DNA of 64,000 nucleotides from Rhizobiaceae bacterium (GCA_965248715.1 CBDFKB010000006.1:87871-151870), one strand, 5' to 3'; positions 1 to 9,230 are shown, counted from the first letter of the stretch. The notes: generated from the sequence alone by a model not told the origin. Program-made: numbers and translations.

Positions 1-1135
1 CAACCTTGCTGCCATACCAAGCCAGCATGTTGTCACCTTTGCGAGGCGAGAAAAATGCGCTTACCGAATTCTGCGGCAATTGGCCAACCGGGCGCGGCGT
101 GTGCTGCATGTTGAATGTCTTTAGCGGCGCACGAAGCGTGTCGTCAGCAATCATTTGCCAGAATTCTAGATATTTTCGGGCGATCTGTTCGTCGCGGATG
201 ATGTGGCCGACATTCGATTGGCCAAGAAAGCCAGACGCGGTGATGTTGGTCGATCCAGTCCACACCTCGATCGGCCGGTCGCGGTCCATCAAAATGATGA
301 ATTTGTTGTGGGGAATGGCGATATGACGGGTGCGATCATGAAATCTCAGCCGCTCCCTGCCGACAAATGGCGCGATCACCGCCTTGTTGCGCTTGCCTTG
401 ATCCGAGGCTGCAAGTTGGTCGTTCCTGGCTGCGCGATGTCCGGCTTCATAGCAAATTTGCACGTCGGCGCCGTTTTGCGCCGCCTTCGCCAATGCGTCT
501 AATATCGGGGTGTAGGTTAATTCGTAAAAGTTACATCGCAGGGAAAACCGGTGATCCTTGGCCTGGCCGATGAACGCCAGTGCGCCTTCCAGAAGGCCGC
601 GCGAAAGCCATTTCGTCTGTTCGTTGTCAGGATCGCTGAGTTGTGCGGTGCGTGCGGCCTGGTCTAGTTCCAAATCACCAAATCGGTCGGCGAACGCTTG
701 GCTGACGATCGCGCCCCGGTTAAACAGGATCGAATGCTTGCCACTGTCTTCGGCTTCAGTGCGGATCGATACATTCAGATCATTGCCAGGGACCAGATTG
801 GCCGGATTGCCATTTGGCGGGAAGAACATTGGTCGAATGGTGTAGTGAAATTCGCGGTCAGGATCGGCTGTATAATGCCCCCACAGAAAGGTCTGGACCG
901 GATGCTTGAAGGTGGAACGGCGTTCTCCAGGATGAGGATCGGGTACAACATCTTCAAAAAATTTAAAGCCGCGCAGCCAGCGGATTTCGCCTGGTTGGAC
1001 GCTTTGCCTGGTGCCGATGGCAAATCCAGCAAAGCGCTCAAGCGCGGTTTCACGGCAGTTCATTGCCAGCAACACTGCCCTGGTGCCGGAAATAGCGTGA
1101 ACCGAAAACCCGCTTTTTCTTGCCTCTGCGCGCAT
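1..1135 (-). CDS. phospholipase D-like (HKD motif) protein; 5' end complete, 3' end runs off the window start
   Basis: Not in the supplied ORF track because it has no stop inside the window. Reverse-strand ATG at 1135-1133 is preceded by GGAGGC, and the frame stays open to position 1. My translation MRAEARKSGFSVHAISG...HNKFIILMDRDRPIEVWTGSTNIT carries the HxK(x4)D(x6)GSxN phospholipase-D signature. Confidence 0.7.
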   Translation of the reverse strand, partial: MRAEARKSGFSVHAISGTRAVLLAMNCRETALERFAGFAIGTRQSVQPGEIRWLRGFKFFEDVVPDPHPGERRSTFKHPVQTFLWGHYTADPDREFHYTIRPMFFPPNGNPANLVPGNDLNVSIRTEAEDSGKHSILFNRGAIVSQAFADRFGDLELDQAARTAQLSDPDNEQTKWLSRGLLEGALAFIGQAKDHRFSLRCNFYELTYTPILDALAKAAQNGADVQICYEAGHRAARNDQLAASDQGKRNKAVIAPFVGRERLRFHDRTRHIAIPHNKFIILMDRDRPIEVWTGSTNITASGFLGQSNVGHIIRDEQIARKYLEFWQMIADDTLRAPLKTFNMQHTPRPVGQLPQNSVSAFFSPRKGDNMLAWYGSKV

Positions 1136-1398
1136 GAAAGCCTCCCGATATCTATTTTTCCAACCATTTCTATGTTATTGTAATATATTACAGTACATAT
1201 CCCGCAAGTGTATGTAAATAATAATTACTACGCCAATATTCCAGTTTACTGCGAAAAGATGACCCCGCGCGGTGTTGGATTTTTGGCGGCGGCGCTGACA
1301 TCAAACCAAAATCACGTGATTGGCATGGTTCCATTTGCTGCCCACCTGCTCTAAAAGGCGGCGCGGAATTCAACTGACAATAGGGCGATACACCATCC

Positions 1399-3054
1399 AT
1401 GGCACGGCAATTCATCTATTTCATGCAAGGGCTTTCCAAGACCTATCAGGGCGGCAAGAAGGTGCTCGACAATGTGCACCTGTCATTTTACCCGGACGCC
1501 AAGATCGGTGTGCTGGGACCGAACGGCGCCGGCAAGTCGACCTTGTTGAAAATCATGGCCGGGCTGGAAGGCGAATATACCGGCGAGGCGTGGGCGGCCG
1601 AGGGCGCCAAGGTCGGTTATCTGTCCCAGGAACCGAAATTAAACGAGGCGCTGAGCGTCAAAGATAATGTCATGCTCGGGGTGGCGCAAAAACAGGCGGT
1701 GCTGGAGCGCTACAACGAACTGATGATGAACTACTCCGACGAGACCGCGGCCGAAGCGTCTGAGTTGCAGGATCGAATTGACGCCGAGGATTTATGGGAT
1801 CTGGATTCCAAGATAGAAATGGCGATGGAGGCGCTCCGGTGCCCACCCGGCGAGGCCGAGGTCGGGCAGCTTTCCGGCGGCGAGCGGCGGCGGGTAGCGC
1901 TTTGCCAGTTGCTGTTGTCGGAACCGGATCTGTTATTGCTCGACGAGCCGACCAACCATCTCGACGCCGAGACCGTGGCCTGGCTGGAAAAACATTTGCG
2001 CGAGTTCAAAGGTGCGGTGCTGATTGTCACCCACGATCGCTATTTTCTCGACAATGTTACCGGCTGGATCCTCGAACTCGACCGGGGGCGCGGCATTCCT
2101 TACGAGGGCAATTATTCCGCTTACCTTGGCCAAAAGGCCAAGCGCTTGCACCAAGAAGGGCGCGAGGATGCAGCCCGCCAGCGCGCGCTTTCGCGTGAGC
2201 GCGAATGGATTGCCGCCAGCCCGCGCGCGCGCCAGGCAAAATCAAAGGCGCGCATCAAGGCCTATGACGAGTTGCTGAAAACCAATGAGGCGCGCAAACC
2301 CGGTGAAGCCCAGATTATTGTACCGCCCGGCCGCCGCCTCGGCCAAACCGTGATTGATGCCGAAGGACTTTGCAAAGGGTTTGGCGACCGGCTGTTGATC
2401 GACAACCTGTCGTTCAAATTGCCCGCCGGCGGCATTGTCGGTGTCATTGGACCAAACGGCGCCGGCAAGACCACCTTGTTTCGCATGATTACCGGCCAGG
2501 AACAGCCCGACAGCGGGGAAATTCAGCTCGGTGACACGGTTGATCTTGGCTATGTGGACCAAAGCCGTGACACTCTGGACGGCGCCAAGACGGTTTGGCA
2601 GGAGATTTCTGGCGGCAGCGATGTCATCAAACTTGGCAAGCACGAGATGAATTCGCGCGCCTATGTCGGCGCGTTCAATTTTCGCAAGGGCGACCAGCAG
2701 CAAAAGGTCGGCACCCTTTCCGGTGGCCAGCGCAACCGGGTGCACCTGGCCAAGATGCTGAAATCCGGTGCCAATGTATTGCTGCTCGATGAACCGACCA
2801 ATGACCTAGATACCGAGACCCTTGGCGCGCTCGAAGACGCGCTGGAGGAATTCGCCGGTTGCGTGGTGATCATCAGCCATGACCGGATGTTTCTAGACCG
2901 GCTCGCGACCCACATTTTGGCGTTCGAGGGTGACAGCCATGTGGAATGGTTCGAGGGCAATTTCGAAGATTACGAGGAAGATAAAAAGCGCCGCCTTGGC
3001 GCCAACGCAGTGCTGCCGAAACGGATCCAGTATAAGCCGTTTACCCGAAGATAG
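1399..3054 (+). CDS. ettA: ABC-F ATPase, energy-dependent translational throttle protein EttA
   Basis: 551 aa with two ABC cassettes (GPNGAGKST twice; LSGGERRRVAL and LSGGQRNRVHL signatures). N-terminus MARQFIYFMQGLSKTY and the length are typical of EttA/YjjK. Confidence 0.95.
   Translation: MARQFIYFMQGLSKTYQGGKKVLDNVHLSFYPDAKIGVLGPNGAGKSTLLKIMAGLEGEYTGEAWAAEGAKVGYLSQEPKLNEALSVKDNVMLGVAQKQAVLERYNELMMNYSDETAAEASELQDRIDAEDLWDLDSKIEMAMEALRCPPGEAEVGQLSGGERRRVALCQLLLSEPDLLLLDEPTNHLDAETVAWLEKHLREFKGAVLIVTHDRYFLDNVTGWILELDRGRGIPYEGNYSAYLGQKAKRLHQEGREDAARQRALSREREWIAASPRARQAKSKARIKAYDELLKTNEARKPGEAQIIVPPGRRLGQTVIDAEGLCKGFGDRLLIDNLSFKLPAGGIVGVIGPNGAGKTTLFRMITGQEQPDSGEIQLGDTVDLGYVDQSRDTLDGAKTVWQEISGGSDVIKLGKHEMNSRAYVGAFNFRKGDQQQKVGTLSGGQRNRVHLAKMLKSGANVLLLDEPTNDLDTETLGALEDALEEFAGCVVIISHDRMFLDRLATHILAFEGDSHVEWFEGNFEDYEEDKKRRLGANAVLPKRIQYKPFTRR
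2951..3054 (+). repeat. direct repeat copy 1: the 3' end of ettA in current use (last 34 codons plus stop)
   Basis: 104 bp, 92/104 identical to 4567-4670 in the same orientation by my base-by-base comparison. Confidence 0.9.
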
Positions 3055-3063
3055 TAGGGAACA

Positions 3064-3837
3064 ATGTTCAAAAAATTACAAGATTGCGGTTTTGATGTTC
3101 TTTCGCTCCATCATGCGGAAGCAATTGTAAAAATTGATTTTCCTGAAGCGCTTATTGAACTTGAAACCGTACTCCAAAACCTCGAATTGCCCATAGTAGA
3201 GATTGTCAGCGGCGGCGGAGGTGAATCAAAGCTAACCCAGCGATTGAGACGCAATCTTGTTGAACATGGATGGCAGAAACGAAACATAGAGGTGCATAAG
3301 ACCGTTCGCTGGGGCGCTGACCAACCAGAGATAGCCGTTGCGGCAATTTCCCACGAAATTGATCATGTTAATGCATTCGGCCCAAATGCGAATGTTTTTG
3401 CTCTGGAAATTGAGTGGAACAATAAGGACCCGTTTTTTGACCGCGATCTGGAAAACTTCAAACGATTGCACGCGGAAGGTGCAATTTCGGTCGGCGGCAT
3501 AATTACCCGTGGCGAATCGCTTCATGCCAATATGCGATCCCTAGTTGCACGGTTCGCCGACGACAACGAAATAGAAGACTTTGTTACCTTGGGCCAATTT
3601 GGGTACTCACCTACCGGTCGGCAAAGAAGCAATATTTTCTCACGTGCGGAAAAACTCGGTGATTTTAGGCAAGCATGGGTTGAGTGGTTTGTTTCTGACA
3701 AGTTTGGCGAAGCAACCACACATTGGCAGAAATTGCATGACCGCGTTCTACGCGGAGTAGGAAACCCATGCCCGCTTGTCCTAATAGGAATTCCAGACAG
3801 CGTTGTCAGTTTCGACTATTCGGTGGCCGAATTATAG
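3064..3837 (+). CDS. type II restriction endonuclease, BglII/BstYI(BamHI)-like fold
   Basis: 257 aa. IDHVNAFGPNANVFALEIEWNN fits the D-x(n)-E-x-E catalytic arrangement of BamHI/BglII-type enzymes. GW..R motif and C-terminal PLVLIG resemble BstYI as I recall it. Convergent with, and overlapping by 22 bp, a DNA methyltransferase gene. Confidence 0.7.
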   Translation: MFKKLQDCGFDVLSLHHAEAIVKIDFPEALIELETVLQNLELPIVEIVSGGGGESKLTQRLRRNLVEHGWQKRNIEVHKTVRWGADQPEIAVAAISHEIDHVNAFGPNANVFALEIEWNNKDPFFDRDLENFKRLHAEGAISVGGIITRGESLHANMRSLVARFADDNEIEDFVTLGQFGYSPTGRQRSNIFSRAEKLGDFRQAWVEWFVSDKFGEATTHWQKLHDRVLRGVGNPCPLVLIGIPDSVVSFDYSVAEL

Positions 3838-4481
3838 GCGTAGGTATTCCAATTTGGACGGTAGTTTTCGTCGGCTTCATCGCCCCAATAGGTCCAACCG
3901 GGTCTGGTGCCGCGTGCGAACAATTCGAGGTAAGGCCCGGGAGAACAATCTTCGATCAGATCATACTGTTCGTCTGGTTTGCGAGAATGCTCGCGCTTGC
4001 GCGACTGAATCATGTTGACCTGGCTTCGACCGGGCGCAAGCGTGCGAGCATTTTTACCCCGGACACCAAACAGTAGAATTTCAGTCACATTTCGAAAATA
4101 AAATCCAACTCCACGTCCATCTGAGCCACCATCCTTGCGGATCTTGTGCCAGACGATATTCGATTTATACTCGAATCCCCATGCCTTAATGACTTTCAGC
4201 CCTTCAGGGAGCAAAGCATTGGGTACCCACAAATAAAGGTGCGACGGGTTTGCAACCAGCGCATTTACTGGCAACTCGCAAATTTCTTCGGTGCTCAACG
4301 TTTGATAACGAGACAATCGTTTGTGCTCGGGAGCAATCTTTCCTGTCCTATTGGTAAATCTCCAAGGTGGATCGGCTAATATAGTATGAAACGCTTCATC
4401 ACCGGCGGCGTCAAGAAGCTCGAATGCTGTATCGAACATCTCGGTAACCATTTCATTCTCCGTATCAGCCGCAAGGAACAA
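3816..4481 (-). CDS. MT-A70 family DNA methyltransferase (DPPW motif)
   Basis: 221 aa with ILADPPWRF catalytic motif IV, characteristic of MT-A70/N6-adenine (or N4-C) methyltransferases. Paired with the endonuclease gene. Confidence 0.85.
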   Translation of the reverse strand: MFLAADTENEMVTEMFDTAFELLDAAGDEAFHTILADPPWRFTNRTGKIAPEHKRLSRYQTLSTEEICELPVNALVANPSHLYLWVPNALLPEGLKVIKAWGFEYKSNIVWHKIRKDGGSDGRGVGFYFRNVTEILLFGVRGKNARTLAPGRSQVNMIQSRKREHSRKPDEQYDLIEDCSPGPYLELFARGTRPGWTYWGDEADENYRPNWNTYAYNSATE

Positions 4482-4566
4482 AAACAGAACAAATATCGAT
4501 TGTCAATTGCCTAATCCACGCGGGATTGAGATATTCATCACCTCTTATTGCTGATTCGTAAATGCC

Positions 4567-4670
4567 TCGAGGGCAATTTCGAAGACTATAAGGAAGATAA
4601 AAAGCGTCGCCTTGGTGCCGACGCGGTGCTGCCAAAACCGATCCGGTATAAGCCGTTTACGAGAAGATAG
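4567..4670 (+). repeat. direct repeat copy 2: displaced, non-functional copy of the ettA 3' end
   Basis: Would encode LEGNFEDYKEDKKRRLGADAVLPKPIRYKPFTRR*, versus FEGNFEDYEEDKKRRLGANAVLPKRIQYKPFTRR* in ettA. 12 mismatches in 104 bp. Confidence 0.9.
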
Positions 4671-5487
4671 TGGGGAACACGAGGTCCAGGATACTGTTCA
4701 CGATAAATCTCACATAGTCTAGCCAGCCCAGCTCGGTCTCAGGAATTGGTTCCGGCTTTGGCAGCAATTGCGGACAAGGCTCGGTGGTTGCCAGCACCGC
4801 GCGGTAATCGCCGCGTTCGAACGCATCATCGACAAAGCGGCGGCGCTCGGGCGATAACGCTTGGCCCATGTCAGGCGGAAAATGCTGGGCCAGTAATTCT
4901 CGCCAACTATCTTGCGGTGGCACTAGGCGATTGAGAACCTGCTGAAGATAGTAGCGGACGTCTGGATTAAGCGCGACGACGGATTCCTCGCTTCCAAGAA
5001 TCAGTGCCTTATGGGCAGCCTGGTAGATTCCGATCGAGGCATATTCGGTCAACTCATGCGCCGCCTCGGCGATGCGAAGCTCGTTTTTGTCCAGGTTTGG
5101 CGCAATGATCCCGCAATGCAAAACCCGATCGTACTTTTTACTGAACATGCCTGACATGACGATGCGGAACAGCTTCTCAAAAAAGCAGAAACCGAGTATC
5201 CCGCTATCGCCATTGTTATGAATGATGCTGCTGCGGCGCCATCGCGCGCGCATTCCCGGTTCGTTCATGATCGGGCGAAATTTTGGATGTAGGGTTGCGT
5301 AGGCCTCGTACGTCGCGTCCAACCATTGTGGGCAGCGGCCATCATTTGTTGGCCTGAACTGGTCGTATGTTGGCTGGCGCGGGCCGGAAAAATCCCATAT
5401 CGGCGGTGCGGTTTCCTGTGCCGTAACCGCGCCTGCCACCTGCATGCAAGATGCAAATACGATGAATAAAATTGCGAATTTCCCCAT
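4657..5487 (-). CDS. secreted hypothetical protein
   Basis: 276-aa ORF with N-terminal signal-like segment MGKFAILFIVFASCMQVAGAVTA. I recognise no family. Confidence 0.55.
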   Translation of the reverse strand: MGKFAILFIVFASCMQVAGAVTAQETAPPIWDFSGPRQPTYDQFRPTNDGRCPQWLDATYEAYATLHPKFRPIMNEPGMRARWRRSSIIHNNGDSGILGFCFFEKLFRIVMSGMFSKKYDRVLHCGIIAPNLDKNELRIAEAAHELTEYASIGIYQAAHKALILGSEESVVALNPDVRYYLQQVLNRLVPPQDSWRELLAQHFPPDMGQALSPERRRFVDDAFERGDYRAVLATTEPCPQLLPKPEPIPETELGWLDYVRFIVNSILDLVFPTIFS

Positions 5488-5952
5488 AACATTCCACAGA
5501 TTGAAAATAACTTATTCACATCATGTAGAACTGGCTCATTTTGTCTAGCCGTTTTGTAAGAAAGGCTAGAAGCAATGGGCGAGCATCCAAAATGCGAATT
5601 TTATAGAGATCTGTACCAACATCAGAAAAATTCATAAAATAGTTATAGGGTAAAATTAAATACTATTAATACCAAAATAAGAAATAGTAGTACAAAAATT
5701 TCCGATATTAAAAGACAGATAAATATTACTAATCATGATATTAATGACTTAATAGCAACAAGCCGGTTAAATAAAATCACAATTGTTGCAACTGCGATAT
5801 TAATAAGACAGGCGAAAATTCGACTCGCGCGTCTTGAAGGCAATCTTACAGAAGAGCAATCAAAATTAGCTGGACGGTTCTATTAACCGGAGAATTAGCG
5901 ATGACGGCTTGATTTACTGGTTTTTGGAATTATCGTTTCCCTACGGGGCAAA

Positions 5953-7147
5953 GGAGTTTGCCCAAACCCTGTCGGTTTGAGCCATTTTGGTAGATTTTGG
6001 ACACACTTATGCTGCGTTCAGTCTTTCGTGATAGATCAGGCGACGCATGTTATAGGCGATATTGATCATGCCGATTTTGACTTTCGCACGAGCTATACCG
6101 ATGGTTCTGACAAACAGGCCCATGCGGGTTTTCTGATCGCCAAACACATGCTCGACTTTGGAACGAACGCTTGAGCGTTTTGCATTGGCTATTCTTGTCC
6201 GCTGTGGCATGGGGCGACCCTTTGGTTTCTTTTGGTGGATGCGGGATTTGAACCCATTGTTTACCAGCCATGTTTCATTCTTCTTTGAGCGATAAGCACT
6301 GTCAGCCCACACATCTGATGCCGTATTATCTTTGCTGAGAACATCACGCAAATACCGGCCGTCATAAGCAGAGGCCCCGGTGACTTCAAAGCCACGGATA
6401 AAACCAAAGCGCCGATCTGTGGCGATGTGATTTTTAAAACCAAATGCGGGAATGGCAATATCCACATGCCCGGCCTTCTTGCTGCCATCGGCGGCAGTTT
6501 TGGCCCTGGAATATTTGATCGACCAGCGCGCATCGGTGTCTTTGTGACGTGCCTTGTGGGAGTTGCCCCAAATCTCGTCAGCACTTTTGCCTTCTTTGAT
6601 CTGAGCCTTCTCTTCATCCTTCAATCGCTGTTTGGGAGCAGGTACAATTGTGGCATCCGCGATCTGGCCACCCATTGCCAAATAGCCCTTTTCAGTAATC
6701 ATCGCGTCACATTTTTGGAACAAGGTATCAATCGCATCGGCCCGGGTCAGAAGATCGCGGTAGAGCCATATGGTGCGTGCGTCCGGCATCCGCTGGCCAG
6801 GTTCAAACCCCAAAAACCGCATGAACGACAGCCGATCATTGATCAGGAATTCAAGACGCTCATCAGACAAATCATTCATCGCCTGTATGACCAGTATTTT
6901 GAACATCGTGACAACGTCATAGGGTGGACGACCATCACTGCGATGCAAAGCCATGATCAAATCCGGTCGAAAGACCTCAAAGTCAACGACCGTATCCAAA
7001 GTTTCCAGTTGATCACCCAAATCACTCAGGCGTTTCAGTTGATTGTCTATTCCAAATAAATTCTTTTGAGCCATACGCCCAGTGAATCATAGAACAGGTG
7101 ATTTGCATAGGTACTTAGAAGGGTCCAGCTGGACACCCGCAAAAACC
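5953..7147 (-). mobile_element. IS5-family insertion sequence (IS5 group); left boundary ambiguous (5919 or 5953)
   Basis: Single 355-aa DDE transposase. The end at 7147 reads GGTTTTTGCGGGTGTCC on the reverse complement. Candidate partner ends are GGAGTTTGCCCAAACCC at 5953 or GGTTTTTGGAATTATCG at 5919. 5953-7147 is 1195 bp, which is the size of IS5. TTAG follows the right end, but no matching duplication occurs on the left. Confidence 0.65.
6007..7074 (-). CDS. IS5 family transposase (DDE_Tnp_1)
   Basis: 355 aa. MAQKNLFGIDNQLKRLSDLGDQLE...DARTIWLYRDLL...ADATIVPAPKQR is typical of IS5-group transposases. Confidence 0.9.
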   Translation of the reverse strand: MAQKNLFGIDNQLKRLSDLGDQLETLDTVVDFEVFRPDLIMALHRSDGRPPYDVVTMFKILVIQAMNDLSDERLEFLINDRLSFMRFLGFEPGQRMPDARTIWLYRDLLTRADAIDTLFQKCDAMITEKGYLAMGGQIADATIVPAPKQRLKDEEKAQIKEGKSADEIWGNSHKARHKDTDARWSIKYSRAKTAADGSKKAGHVDIAIPAFGFKNHIATDRRFGFIRGFEVTGASAYDGRYLRDVLSKDNTASDVWADSAYRSKKNETWLVNNGFKSRIHQKKPKGRPMPQRTRIANAKRSSVRSKVEHVFGDQKTRMGLFVRTIGIARAKVKIGMINIAYNMRRLIYHERLNAA

Positions 7148-7276
7148 TTAGCGGTCGTTCTGATGGTTGTCTGACAAAGAGAACATTCCAGAAACAAGCA
7201 ATGAACAAACAGGAATCAAACGTATCTCCACATCCGGCTAAATATTTGGACTGGAGGTTTTTGCGGGTGTCCAGCT
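7127..7276. repeat. perfect 22-bp inverted repeat pair (7127-7148 / 7255-7276) around a 106-bp spacer; the first arm is the IS5 terminal repeat
   Basis: AGCTGGACACCCGCAAAAACCT at 7127-7148 is the exact reverse complement of AGGTTTTTGCGGGTGTCCAGCT at 7255-7276. Confidence 0.85.
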
Positions 7277-7362
7277 TCGGCAGAAAACGAATATTGCTCT
7301 ACCCTGACGGGAGCCAATAACCACCCCTTCCCCTCCATCCATGTTCATGCTATGTTCCTCGC

Positions 7363-7905
7363 ATGAGTGATTCGCAATTGATCTATTGCTGGTGTGACAG
7401 TCCGGTTGGGCGGTTGTTGCTGGTCGCCGACGCGCGGCGGTTGCGGATATTGAGTTTCGCCTCCGGGTGCGGCCGGGTAACCCCTGAGCCAAACTGGCGG
7501 CACGATGCGGAGCGCTGCTCGCCGATACTCAACAATGCGGCACGCCAGTTGGACGAATATTTCGCCGGCGCGCGGACCGAGTTCGAATTGCCGCTGGCGA
7601 TGGACGGCTCACACTTTCAACAGGCGGTGTGGCGCGCGCTCACTGACATTCCGTTCGGCGAAACCAAATCCTACGGCGCGGTGGCTGAGGCGATCGGCGA
7701 AACCGTCGTGGCCAGCCGCGCGGTTGGTGTTGCCAATGCGCAAAACCCGATCGCCATCATTGTGCCCTGCCACCGGGTAAACGGTGCTGACGGCTCGCTC
7801 ACCGGTTTTGGCGGCGGGCTTGAAAGGAAGGAAATTCTGCTTGCCCACGAGCGCCGGGTGCGACCCCTGCCCGGCCAGCAATTGGGCCTGTTCGAGGCGG
7901 TATAA
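7363..7905 (+). CDS. ogt: methylated-DNA--protein-cysteine methyltransferase
   Basis: 180 aa with active-site IVPCHRV and the upstream FQQAVWRAL..IPFGET motif. Confidence 0.9.
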   Translation: MSDSQLIYCWCDSPVGRLLLVADARRLRILSFASGCGRVTPEPNWRHDAERCSPILNNAARQLDEYFAGARTEFELPLAMDGSHFQQAVWRALTDIPFGETKSYGAVAEAIGETVVASRAVGVANAQNPIAIIVPCHRVNGADGSLTGFGGGLERKEILLAHERRVRPLPGQQLGLFEAV

Positions 7906-8279
7906 CCGTTACACCGGAAAGCGCCGGGCCGGATTTGCCAGACTTCTCCTGGTCCATTGTGAGGCCAAGCCCAGTCGCAAATTCAGTGTATGCCGGCATC
8001 GAAAAACCTTAAGGAAACCCCAAAGCGCTAACCCCAAATGACCGTTAGCGGGGAGCATCCAACGAATGGGTCGCCTGTGAAGCGGACGTTTCAAACGTTA
8101 CATCTGGCAAAACGATTAGACGAATATTGGCTCACTTCGAACCGTCCTTTCTCCCATCAAAGTCCGGGCCGGAGGAAATATTCGGGGGTGCGATTGTTAG
8201 TCAAACAAACTCAATCATTTTGTTGAATTTCTGTAGCAAATCAGATTCAGATTGAACGATCAAAGGATTGGAGATCTGG

Positions 8280-8681
8280 ATGGCTCATTTGTTTTGGCTT
8301 TCTGACGCCCAATGGGCGGTGATTGAACCCCATTTACCCATGAACCAGCCCGGAGCACGTCGGGTGGATGACCGCCGGGTGATCTCGGGCATTATTCATG
8401 TGCTCAAAACAGGATGCCGATGGTGTGACTGCCCTGGCGAATACGGCCCTTCGACAACGATCTACAACCGCTTCAACCGCTGGTCCCGCCGTCGGTTCTG
8501 GGTCGATCTGGTGGAGGCATTGGCTACCTCAGGTGCGGTGACGAAGAGCACGTCCATCGACTCAACCTATATCAAGGCGCATCGTTCGGCACATGGCGGT
8601 AAAGGGGGGCGAAAATCCAGGCCATTGGCCCCTCGCGCGGTGGCCAAACCACCAAAATCCATGCCCTCACAGACGTCATAG
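8280..8681 (+). CDS. IS5/IS427-group transposase OrfA (zero frame)
   Basis: MAHLFWLSDAQWAVIEPHLP...RRVISGIIHVLKTGCRWCDCPGEYGPSTTIYNRFNRW is the typical DUF4096 N-terminal module. GGAG lies 6 nt upstream of the ATG at 8280. Confidence 0.85.
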   Translation: MAHLFWLSDAQWAVIEPHLPMNQPGARRVDDRRVISGIIHVLKTGCRWCDCPGEYGPSTTIYNRFNRWSRRRFWVDLVEALATSGAVTKSTSIDSTYIKAHRSAHGGKGGRKSRPLAPRAVAKPPKSMPSQTS

Positions 8682-9034
8682 GCCGCCCCTTTGCCTTCAT
8701 GCTCACAGCAGGCAATGTATCGGACACCAAAGCCGCACCCACTTTGCTGACAGGTTTGAGGGGCGCACGATATGTTCTGGGCGACAAGGGATACGATGCG
8801 GATGCGCTTCGAAAAGCTTTGCGCAATGCGGCCATGGTTCCTGTGATCCCCGGCCGCTGCAATCGAAAACGCAAAATCATCTACGACAAAGCCCGCTACA
8901 AAGAACGCCACCTCATCGAAAATGCATTCTGCCGTCTCAAGGACTTTCGAAGAGTGGCAACCCGCTACGACAAACTCGCAAGAAACTTCCTGTCCGCCGT
9001 AGCGCTGGCAACACTCGTCGCCTTCTGGTTATGA
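8603..9034 (+). CDS. IS5/IS427-group transposase OrfB frame (DDE domain), reached by -1 frameshift at A3G6 run 8601-8609
   Basis: The -1 frame is open from 8603 and reads GAKIQAIGPSRGGQTTKIHALTDVIGRPFAFMLTAGNVSD...YKERHLIENAFCRLKDFRRVATRYDK, the canonical catalytic half. OrfA is in frame 0 (mod 3) and OrfB in frame 2, a -1 relation. Confidence 0.8.
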   Translation, partial: RGAKIQAIGPSRGGQTTKIHALTDVIGRPFAFMLTAGNVSDTKAAPTLLTGLRGARYVLGDKGYDADALRKALRNAAMVPVIPGRCNRKRKIIYDKARYKERHLIENAFCRLKDFRRVATRYDKLARNFLSAVALATLVAFWL

Positions 9035-9047
9035 TTGAGTCTGGACC

Positions 9048-9230
9048 CTAGTCAAACAAACTCAACACCGATTGCTCAAGAGCGGTCCGCCTTATGGCTT
9101 CTCCTATTAACTCGGCTACAGACAGAATTCGAATATTTTCTGCCTCATTGATTGATGTTGTAACTGCAATAGAATCTGTGATCACCAGCTCCTCCAGCTT
9201 GGATTCAGAAATCCAGTTGGAGGGTTCTAT
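9048..9230 (-). pseudogene. C-terminal remnant of a ribose-phosphate pyrophosphokinase (prs-like) gene
   Basis: [11 protein letters not shown]...[28 protein letters not shown] matches the conserved Prs C-terminus (..VVVTNTIP...LSVAPLLAEAIRRIHNEESVSSLF). The upstream in-frame sequence is not Prs-like and hits a stop, so only about 60 codons survive. Confidence 0.5.

Larger units (their letters stand above)
8201..9047 (+). mobile_element. IS5-family insertion sequence, IS427/IS1031-like group, 847 bp
   Basis: Two overlapping transposase frames. Ends TCAAACAAACTCAATCA (8201) and, on the reverse complement at 9047, GGTCCAGACTCAATCA share ACTCAATCA. TAG lies on both flanks (TTAG 8197-8200, CTAG 9048-9051). 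Confidence 0.7.

Noticed and set aside
6427-7059. 210-aa plus-strand ORF
   Set aside because: Antisense shadow of the IS5 transposase gene.
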